A DNA stretch of 64,000 nt from Thermovirgaceae bacterium (GTDB lineage Bacteria > Synergistota > Synergistia > Synergistales > Thermovirgaceae), in assembly GCA_040767805.1 (NCBI GenBank), contig JAXGNU010000007.1, positions 1 through 64,000 on the forward strand, given 5' to 3'. Below are positions 28,197 to 36,929 of the stretch, piece by piece. Each line of letters opens with the position of its first letter. The stretch's first letter is position 1. The notes under the pieces were generated by a model that worked only from the letters and a program-made list of their open reading frames with translations, did not search any database and was not told where the DNA came from. A program made the position numbers and the translations under genes.

Positions 28197-31100
28197 ATGA
28201 GGATACTTCAGGTGCGTTTCAAGAATCTGAACTCGCTGGTCGGCGAATGGCAGATCGACCTGACGCACCCGGCCTTTGAGTCCGATGGTATCTTCGCTAT
28301 CACCGGCCCCACCGGCGCCGGGAAGACCACGATCCTCGATGCGGTTTGCCTCGCCCTTTATGGGAGGACGCCACGCCTCAACAGGGTCTCCAGGAGCGAA
28401 AACGAGATCATGTCCCGCCAAACCGGTGAGTGCTTTGCCGAGGTGACCTTTGAAACCCAGTCGGGTCGCTATCGTTGCCACTGGAGCCAATTTCGGGCAC
28501 GCGGGGAACCCGACGGTGAACTCAAGGCCCCTAAACACGAAATTGCCGATGCCGATTCCGGTGAGGTTTTCGAATCCCGGATCAAAGGTGTGGCCGAGCA
28601 GATCGAGTTGGCCACCGGTATGGACTTCGACCGTTTCACCCGTTCCATGCTGCTGGCCCAAGGGGGCTTCGCTGCGTTCCTTCAGGCGGCACCGAATGAT
28701 CGGGCTCCAATCCTGGAGCAGATCACGGGCACCGAGATCTACAGCCGAATCTCCATCCGTGTACATGAGCAGCTTCGCGAAGAGAAGGAAAAACTGAACC
28801 TGCTCAAGGCTGAAAGGGAGGGGATCGTAGTCCTTACGCCGGAGAGGGTTCAGGAGATCGAGCAGCTGCTAGAGACGAAACAGAAAGAGGAGTCAAGCCT
28901 GGCCGCCGATATCGCCAAGACCTGAGAAGCCGTCGCCTGGCTTACCAACATCGATGAGCTGGAAAAGGAGATCAGCAGCCTGGCTGAAGAATCGGATAGA
29001 CTGCAGATCGAGATGGAGGCGTTCAGGCCGGACCGCGAAAAGCTGGGGCGAGCCTTGAACGCAGCCTCACTGGAAGCCCCCTTCGCGACGCTCAACGCCT
29101 TCCGCGAACAACAGGCCGATGACACAACAGCTCTGACCACAGAGGAAGAGGCCCTCCCAGAGCTGGGATCTTCCGCCGAAGAGCAGGCAAGGGTACTGGA
29201 ATATGCTGAGCAACAGACTGCACTGAGCAAAGAAGAGTTGAAAGCGGCCCGATCGATCTGGCAGAGGGTCCGTTCCCTGGACCAGAAACTTGCAGAACTT
29301 GAAAAGGATGTTTTAAAAAGAGATGAGAGCTGTAAGGGGGAGGCTTCCAGGATTGACTCCCACCGGCGGTCTCGACTGGAAGAGCAAGAGAAACGGTCCC
29401 GGGTTCAAGAGGCGCTGGAGCTGGCAGACGGCTACCTCAAGGACCACGCGAAGGATGAATGGCTGATCAGCGGTCTTGCCGGCGTTGAGGAAAAGCTCGC
29501 CGGTCTGCTCTCCAAGCAGGAGGAGATCTCACAGAAAGAGTCTGAACGGGAAGCGGCGACGGTGGCGTTGGCACTGGCGAAAGAGTCACTCGACGCACGG
29601 GAGAGACAATATGCTGTAAGGAAGCAGGAGCTGGAGGACGCCTCGAAGCAGCTTCAGGATGGAAAAGACGCCCTAAGCTTGCTGCTTGGTGACCGCTTGT
29701 TGCGGGAATACCGCGCCGAGAAGGAAAATCTGCTGCGGGAAATGGCCTTCCTCGCAAAAATTATGGAACTGGAAGAGCATCGGACAAAACTTGAAGACGG
29801 CAAACCCTGCCCGCTCTGCGGCGCCACCGAACATCCCTTTGCCGAAGGAAATGTGCCTGTTCCCGATGATGCCGAAAAGAAGATCGGAGATCTGACCGAG
29901 TTGATCACCAAGGCCGAGGACCAGGAAGCCGCCATCAGGAAACTGGAAGATTCTGAAGCGCTGGCTCGCCAGTACCTGGCAGAGGCTGAAAGTTTGGAGT
30001 CGGAAGCGACCAGCGAGAAGAAGGCGGCCGAGAAAGCACTCGCCGAAGTGGAGGACGACCGGGCGAAACTCCAGGCTGATCTTACTCGACGCCGTAAGGT
30101 CGTTCTTACCGGACTGCGGCCGCTCGGTATTATGGAAATCTCCGAAAATGAGATCTCATCGCTCATCGAATCCCTCAAAGCACGGTCGCTGACGTGGCAG
30201 ACCAAGGTTGAGGAAAAAGCGGACTTGGAGAAACAGACCGCCAATATTGATAGCGAAATCAAACAGCTCGATGCGGTCATTCAAACCTTGAACAACGCCC
30301 TGTCCGAAAGTCGGGACCACCTGGCGGACTTGAAAAAAGAACTTGCCCGAGGAACTGAAGAACGTTTCGCCCTATACGGTGACAAAAACCCCGACGAAGA
30401 AGAAGGGCGCTTAAACAAGGTTCTCTCTGATGCGGAAGATGCCGAACGTCAGGCCCGCGACGAGCACAACAAGCTCCAACAGAAATTAATTAATGCGAGG
30501 GCTGGTATCGCATCTTTGAAAAAACGGATCGACCAGCGGGAGCCGGAACTGAGAAGGCTGGAAGCAGAATTCTCAGAAGCGCTGGCACGCGTCGGTTTTT
30601 CCGATGAAGAACAATTCCGGACAGCCTGCTTGCCTGCTGAAACACGGGAGAAGCTGGCGGCTAAGGCCGATGGCCTGGACGAGCGTCAGACAGACCTGAG
30701 AGCCAGACAAAAAGACCGGGAGGTGCGGCTGGCCACGGTAAGGGCCCGCAAAGTCACTGACGAGTCGCTGAAAGAGCTTGAGCCCCGCTTAAAGGAACAA
30801 GAGGAAGACCAGAAGGAGATGCGGGACACTATCGCCGGTCTCAAATATCAATTAAAGGATAACGTGGTCGCCAAGAAACGGATACAGGAAAACCAGATAG
30901 CTATCGAAGCCCGTGAAAAAGAGTACCAAAGGTGGGAAAACCTGCACAAATTGATCGGATCCGCCGATGGCAAGAAGTACCGCAATTTTGCCCAGGGCCT
31001 GACCTTCGGAATGATGGTCGCCTACGCCAACCGACAACTGCAGAAAATGAACGACCGCTACTTGCTGGTCCGTGACGAAACCCGGCCACTGGAACTCAAC

Positions 31101-31469
31101 GTGATTGACAACTACCAGGCCGGTGAGGTCCGCTCCACGAAGAACCTTTCCGGAGGGGAGAGCTTTATTGTCAGCTTGTCCTTGGCGCTGGGGTTGTCCC
31201 AAATGGCCAGTAAGAATGTCCGGGTTGATTCATTGTTCCTGGATGAAGGCTTCGGAACCCTGGATGAAGAATACCTTGACACCGCTTTGGAAACCCTCGC
31301 GGGCTTGCAGCACGATGGAAAGGTGATCGGCATTATTTCCCACGTCACTGCCATAAGTGAGCGGGTCCGCACGCAGATTCAGGTAATACCTCAAACGGGC
31401 GGCAGAAGCCGGATATCCGGGCCGGGCTGCAGCAGGCCAAGCGGACCTCAACAGAACACCACCGCATAA
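28197..31469 (+). pseudogene. sbcC: SbcC (Rad50-like SMC ATPase) with a single in-frame TGA at 28923-28925
   Basis: GPTGAGKTT in 28197-28925; the same frame continues to the CPLCG hook, LSGGE and LFLDEGFGTLD. Confidence 0.9.
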
Positions 31470-32165
31470 AGTATCTCTAGGTCGCTCATTTCATGCGCCG
31501 GCATCCTTCGAGATCAGCCGATCTTTTCCCCATTACAACCGGGGTGGGAGGCGACCTCTCAAGGAAAGGGGAAATATGCGGATCTGTTGTGGTATGCTCA
31601 ATGTGTATGGATTGTTCAGTCCAGTTAATCTCAATTGTTACTGTCCCTGGGTTGAATGACACATGCAGGGGGGGTTGGATCCATTTGACTTGGCCCTTAA
31701 AGACGAAATTCTACCTCGAAAAGGACGGCGAGAAATGTTACTGGGTTGTCGACGATTCGGGCAGGATCGAGGACCGGGTTATTTCAAAGGACACCCCTTT
31801 GGGGAAATGTCTTCTTGAGGCCAAGCCGGGGAGGTTTTCGTTCAGGCAACCCAACGGTCTTAACGTTGAATATGATCTTCTGAGGATAGAAGTGCAGAAT
31901 TCGTCCCTTACCCCAAGTGGTAAAGGCATTACGGTCTTCCTTCATCCTGAAATCCGAAGAAAAAGTTTACAAGAAAGGATTCTTTCTAGAGGGATTCAAT
32001 TCTTGGTCCACTTTACCCCTGTATCTAACCTTCATTCCATAATGTCACCAACACCCATATGATGGATCTAAATTTACATCCAGATTCCCGCACATGGATA
32101 CAATCTTGAGGTGAAGTCTTGTAAACGGATATGGCATTCTTTGTTCAGGAAGGACCTGGACGGGG

Positions 32166-33452
32166 GTGCCAACCGTGGCGAAGCTAAAGGAGCATCACAT
32201 CATGTGCGCGGAAGAACTAGCAAACCACAAAAGCATCAGGGATATAGCGTCCACCTTTTGCGTGGACGAAAGCACCTTGAGATACAGGCTCGAACGGCAT
32301 CGGACAGGAGCCGTGGATGGCAGATCGCTCCAGGAGGAAGCGTGCGCTCCCTTCCGACCCCTTGTCCTCGAGTGGATACAGGAGCAGGAAGGGCAGGAGC
32401 GGCCGGAATCCGTTCAGGCATTGTATGAGAGACTCTGCGCGGACCACGGATACACGGGGAGCTATATGAGTGTCTACAGGTTCGTCAAAAGGAGGCGCAA
32501 GGCCCCTTTCCCTGCCCCCTTCCGCCGGGTGGAGACCAAGCCGGGGGCGCAAGCTCAGGCCGACTGGCTTCAAAAGAAGATCTATATCCACGAACTTGGC
32601 GGAGAGACAAAGATCTCGGCATTCATAATGACCCTGTCCCACTCCCGGATGTGGTCCGTCGTCTGGAGCCGGAGCGAAAACATGCTCACCTGGCTTACCT
32701 GCCACAACAGGGCCTTCGAATTCCTGGGAGGTGTCCCGTCCACGGTCAGGATCGACAACCTCAAAACGGGAGTAGCCTGCGGCTGCGGAGCCTGGGCGAA
32801 GCTCAACGAAGGGTACGCCTCCTACGCGAAGCAGATGGATTTCGCCATAGACCCCCACAGGGTCAGGACACCCAGGGACAAGGGCAAGGCGGAACGTAGG
32901 GTCCAGGATGTGAAGACGCTCCAGATTACGGAGAAGGACCGGTTCGAGGATATGGAGGACCTGCAGGAGACCAGCACCCTCCGGATCCTTGCCAGATCAC
33001 GGAAGTTACTATGCCCAGTAACGGGCAAAAGCATCTACGACAGCTGGAACCTTGAAAAGCAGCATCTAAAGCCCCTTCCATTTTTTCTTCCTGTACCCTT
33101 CGATGTACAGGTCTCGAGGGAAGTTGGCCGGGATTGCCTTGTCTCCTTCGAGGGAAGACGTTACAGCGTCCCCTACACTTGGACTAAACGGACAGTCCAG
33201 GTCAGGGGGTGTACGGACACCGTCGAGATATGGGGAGAGGGGAAACTGCTCTGCACCTTCCCGCGCAAAACGGACTGCAGGCTTCTCATTGACCAGGGCC
33301 ACTACGAAGGGGCCAGCGAAGGCACGGGAAAGACCCCTGTTCCTCTTGGGAAAATTGGCAGGGAGATCGTAATACCCAGAAGCTGGGAGATAGAAGATGC
33401 CCCCAGGCGTTCCATAGATCGCTACGCGGAAGCTGTGGGTACACGGTCATGA
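32166..33452 (+). CDS. istA: IS21 transposase IstA
   Basis: ETKPGAQAQADW, RIDNLK, KGKAER and YSVP motifs. Confidence 0.93.
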   Translation: MPTVAKLKEHHIMCAEELANHKSIRDIASTFCVDESTLRYRLERHRTGAVDGRSLQEEACAPFRPLVLEWIQEQEGQERPESVQALYERLCADHGYTGSYMSVYRFVKRRRKAPFPAPFRRVETKPGAQAQADWLQKKIYIHELGGETKISAFIMTLSHSRMWSVVWSRSENMLTWLTCHNRAFEFLGGVPSTVRIDNLKTGVACGCGAWAKLNEGYASYAKQMDFAIDPHRVRTPRDKGKAERRVQDVKTLQITEKDRFEDMEDLQETSTLRILARSRKLLCPVTGKSIYDSWNLEKQHLKPLPFFLPVPFDVQVSREVGRDCLVSFEGRRYSVPYTWTKRTVQVRGCTDTVEIWGEGKLLCTFPRKTDCRLLIDQGHYEGASEGTGKTPVPLGKIGREIVIPRSWEIEDAPRRSIDRYAEAVGTRS

Positions 33453-34240
33453 CCAGGCTTCAAGAGGCAGTGACCGGTCTGGACGCGAGCAGGTCTTTGC
33501 TGGAAGAGATGGGCTTTGAGCATGCCCAGCACCTCGTGGCGGAGCTCATGGAACAGGCCGTAAAGGACAATGCCTCCTACGGTGACTTTCTGGAAAAAGT
33601 TCTGAGGAGAGAACGTGAATACCGGGAAGAGCGCAGGATAAGGACCTCCCTGAAGTTGTCCGGCTTGCCCCAGGGCAAGACCCTTGAAAGCTTCGACTTC
33701 ACCTTTGGTCGGAGCGTGAACAAAAAGGAGATCGAGCTGCTTTCGACCTGCGAATACGCCAAGAGGAAGGAGAACATCCTCCTCCTCGGCCCGCCCGGAG
33801 TGGGCAAGAGCCACCTCGCCGCGGCGTTAGGGGTGCGGGCCGTCCAGAATGGCTTCTCCGTCTCCTGGCTGACTGCCGACGACCTGCTTTTTCGCCTCAG
33901 GCGGGACGAGGAGAACCCTTCCAGGCGAAACAGGAGGAGGAAATACCTCTCCTCGGGTGTTCTCGTGATAGACGAGCTGGGGTTTCAGGTCCTGGACCGG
34001 GGCGACGCCCACCTGCTCTTCAAGGTGGTAAGCGCCAGGTACGAAAGGGCGAGCACGATCATCACGTCGAACAAGAGCATACGGGATTGGCCGGAGATGC
34101 TTGCAGGAGACGAAGTCCTCACTACCGCTATCCTGGACAGGCTTTTACACCATTGCCACGTCGTTCATGTCGACGGAAGCAGTTACCGCCTCTGGGAGAT
34201 GGAACAACGGACCAGGCCCGCACCGCGGAAGGAGGGATGA
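33449..34240 (+). CDS. istB: IS21 helper ATPase IstB
   Basis: GPPGVGKSHLA, IDELG, ITSN, AILDRLLHH and GSSYR motifs; ATGA overlap with istA. Confidence 0.95.
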   Translation: MTRLQEAVTGLDASRSLLEEMGFEHAQHLVAELMEQAVKDNASYGDFLEKVLRREREYREERRIRTSLKLSGLPQGKTLESFDFTFGRSVNKKEIELLSTCEYAKRKENILLLGPPGVGKSHLAAALGVRAVQNGFSVSWLTADDLLFRLRRDEENPSRRNRRRKYLSSGVLVIDELGFQVLDRGDAHLLFKVVSARYERASTIITSNKSIRDWPEMLAGDEVLTTAILDRLLHHCHVVHVDGSSYRLWEMEQRTRPAPRKEG

Positions 34241-34942
34241 CCTGAACGGTCAAACATTTCAGGTTCACGAATCACCCCAACGCGTTCAAGAAGGAATGTG
34301 TATATCTGCGGGAAAGTGGATGTAAATTTACTGCGGGAATCTGGGTGTTAATTGACACATAATGAGAAATGGTTTGCTTTCCAGAATGGATTTGAATCAA
34401 AAAAGAATTCCCTTTGATTATTCCGATGAGGGTAGAAGAGATTGTCTTTTAGACTTCATTTCCACTTCGGTCAGTTTTCCCAATTATAAAATGTTCTACG
34501 CGAAGCGGTCGAAAGCTGAAGAAAAAAGATGGGCGGTGGTCAAGGTAGGAAAAGAAGTGCTTTGGGAACTTGGTTGTTTGTTTTTTACAGGAAATGCCGC
34601 ATCATCCGTTTCCATGGCTATCCCAGCGGCACATCTTTGTTCGATAGATGCTTTTGACAGAATGTTTTACGAAAAAGAATCGAGATCATTAATCCCGGAA
34701 AGTTTTACCACGGACCCACAGGCTGAGGTTATGGTTTATAGGGCGATCCCAAGCCGCTACATTAAAGGTATCGCCCTTGAATCGAAGGATGACATGAAAT
34801 TGATCAAGGATGCAAATGATCTGTCTAACATTGAGATCGACAGAACTCTTTTTTCTCCCCGGATGGATTACGCTTCCTGGAACAGATGTGAAGCCAGTTA
34901 TTTGTCTTTAGATGATGAATTGCTTAAATTGAAGGGATAATT

Positions 34943-35635
34943 ATGGCCATAAGACCCGTCTTTTTGCCCAAGGCTTCCGGTTCCCCGATGGTCCAAAAGG
35001 TTTCCATTGAGTTCCAGTGGTTTCCCGGAATGTCAAAGAATCAAAAACAGCGGTCGATCCGTTCCCTCCACGCTTCCGCCAGAAAAAAGCTTGCCCTTGA
35101 GCGGATCTTGGAGATTTCAAGCAAATCCGAGGACCAACTAGGGGTTGAATTGAGTGCCTTTAACCTCCGGTTCAACACCCCCGATCACAAACCTGCCCCG
35201 GTGGAAGTGCTCTTTCAGGGAGGGAAGGTGTTTGAAAGGGGAGGTCCTTTTATGGACCTCTATTCCGCTACACCCAGAGAAGCCAAGAAAGACGAGAGGC
35301 TCAAGATCTCCGGGAATATTGTCGGTTTCCGTTACGGGTCCTCCGATTGGCCTTTAAATCCACAAACTTTGTTTTATGATTGGCTTTACATATCGGCTCT
35401 CCATCAAAAACGAAATGACCATCTGGCAAGATCGCTCCTGGAGTATGACGCCTTTACAGACATTGAATTCAACCCTGAAAAATCTCTGAGCTGCCAGGCT
35501 TTTTCTGCCGCTCTTTACAAGTCCTTATCTGTAAGGGGGCTTGTTCCGGAGGCTTTATCATCAAAAGAGAACTTCATCAGGATCTGTTACCAAAGCGACA
35601 GGGATTCGTCGCCTGTCCAGAGAAAGATGTTTTGA
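34943..35635 (+). CDS. DarT1-associated NADAR-type antitoxin (DUF6977-like)
   Basis: MA.RPVF, EISSKS, LSAFNL, FYDWLY and FTDIEFNPEKS..CQA; 2 bp after the darT stop. Confidence 0.75.
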   Translation: MAIRPVFLPKASGSPMVQKVSIEFQWFPGMSKNQKQRSIRSLHASARKKLALERILEISSKSEDQLGVELSAFNLRFNTPDHKPAPVEVLFQGGKVFERGGPFMDLYSATPREAKKDERLKISGNIVGFRYGSSDWPLNPQTLFYDWLYISALHQKRNDHLARSLLEYDAFTDIEFNPEKSLSCQAFSAALYKSLSVRGLVPEALSSKENFIRICYQSDRDSSPVQRKMF

Positions 35636-35650
35636 GGGGTGGGCCGATTT

Positions 35651-36277
35651 ATGCAGGAGAAGTATAAGTTCTCATTCACGGCTGGAGGCCTTTTGTTGAA
35701 TGAAACCGTCAAAATAGCCGAAGTATATTTAGATAAAGGCATCTGGAGACAGGCTTCAAAAGAGGTGTCCTCAACCAGGATGCTTCAGAAGAACAAACTC
35801 TCTTCCTCAAACAGGTATTTCCTGGAAATCAAAAGGAGGCTTAAAACCCTGTCGGATGATGAGATAGTGTTCCTTGCAGAGGGAGACCTGGAAGAGCAGA
35901 GGCAGGTCATTTTTCTGTCCATTTGCAGGCTGTATGTCTTTATTCGTGATTTTGTAGTTCAGGTCCTCAGGGATAAATTGCTCCCTATGGGGGCGGCTCT
36001 CACCGATGCCGATTATCTTAGTTTTGTAGAGGATATTGCATTTGAACACCCTGAGTATGAAAAGCTCACCCAGTCCACTCAAAAAAAGGTCAAGGGGGTC
36101 CTGTTCAAGATCCTTCGGGAGACCGGCTTCTTCTCATCTTTTTCTGAAAAAAGAGTGACTCCCATCTTGCTTTCGTCAACCCTAAAAAAGATGATAGTAT
36201 CCAGTAACCCCTGGGAGCTCGCCTTTTTTTTATACTCCGACCAGGAGATTAAGGAAGCGGTGCGAAAAAATGGATAG
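35651..36277 (+). CDS. brxA: BREX BrxA (DUF1819)
   Basis: Y..SFTAGGL...E and T..K....LF.IL.E.G patterns; first gene of the brx cluster (alternative GTG at 35639). Confidence 0.85.
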   Translation: MQEKYKFSFTAGGLLLNETVKIAEVYLDKGIWRQASKEVSSTRMLQKNKLSSSNRYFLEIKRRLKTLSDDEIVFLAEGDLEEQRQVIFLSICRLYVFIRDFVVQVLRDKLLPMGAALTDADYLSFVEDIAFEHPEYEKLTQSTQKKVKGVLFKILRETGFFSSFSEKRVTPILLSSTLKKMIVSSNPWELAFFLYSDQEIKEAVRKNG

Positions 36278-36878
36278 AGCCCTTGCCCAGAAGATAGACA
36301 AAAAATTTGAAAAATACCATCCATTCCTGTCCAGTAAGAAGTTCTTGGATACTGCCTTGTCCCGCAAAGAAGTCCCCTTCTTCATAAGCACCTTCCCGCC
36401 CGAGGCCCAAAACTACGTGGATAAGAGGGTAATTAACCTTAAAAACAAGCTGGCGGGAGAAGGAATAGAAGTCCTTGTGCTGGACCTTTATGACCTGGTT
36501 CTTGACATCCTTGAAAAGAAGGGGCATCTCTCCCTTCTGATGGACAGGGAGCCGACAATGGACAAGGCGAAATTCCTCAAAGGGCTCCGCTCGATGCTCG
36601 ATGTGGAGAAAACCATCGTGCCCGAGATAGAAGGCAAACTCAAAAGCGGTGCGTGCCGTATGGTCTTCCTCACAGGCGTGGGTCTGGTCTACCCCTATCT
36701 CAGGACCCACAGTATATTGAGCAACCTGCAACGGCTTTTCAAGGAATTTCCCCTGGTAGTCTTTTTCCCCGGCAAGTATCAATTCACCAGGAGCAAGGGA
36801 TACACGCTGAACCTTTTCGGGCTTTTGCCCGGCGACAATTACTACCGGGCTTTTGACCTCGATGAGTATGCCGTCTAA
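36270..36878 (+). CDS. brxB: BREX BrxB (DUF1788)
   Basis: EVPFFI, LTGVG.VYPYLRTH, FFPGKY and NYYRAF motifs. Confidence 0.9.
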   Translation: MDRALAQKIDKKFEKYHPFLSSKKFLDTALSRKEVPFFISTFPPEAQNYVDKRVINLKNKLAGEGIEVLVLDLYDLVLDILEKKGHLSLLMDREPTMDKAKFLKGLRSMLDVEKTIVPEIEGKLKSGACRMVFLTGVGLVYPYLRTHSILSNLQRLFKEFPLVVFFPGKYQFTRSKGYTLNLFGLLPGDNYYRAFDLDEYAV

Positions 36879-36929
36879 ATTATTTTGGGGACTGCACCGT
36901 GGCAGGCGAAGTATCGGGAGGTGGAAGAA

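Larger units (their letters stand above)
32043..34357 (+). mobile_element. IS21-family insertion sequence
   Basis: Ends TGTCACCAACACCCA / TGGGTGTTAATTGACA; internal repeats (AATTTACATCC, TTCCCGCA); CATAA duplication at 32038-32042 and 34358-34362. Confidence 0.93.
31685..34940 (+). pseudogene. darT: DarT (DUF4433) DNA ADP-ribosyltransferase with GreA-C-like N-terminus, interrupted by IS21
   Basis: Removing the IS and one CATAA gives in-frame LVHFTPVSNLHSIMRNGLLSR; later SVSFPNYKMFY and TDPQAEV. Confidence 0.85.

Noticed and set aside
28923..28925. Selenocysteine or recoded TGA in sbcC
   Set aside because: It lies in a coiled coil with no Cys/Sec context or obvious SECIS, and TGA is a normal stop throughout the window
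31493..31684. ORF-track start for the darT 5' part
   Set aside because: The first 64 codons look non-coding (promoter-like); TTG at 31685 after a G-rich RBS is more plausible
34352..34380. Hybrid outward promoter from the IS end (TTGACA)
   Set aside because: No convincing -10 hexamer at 16-18 bp spacing
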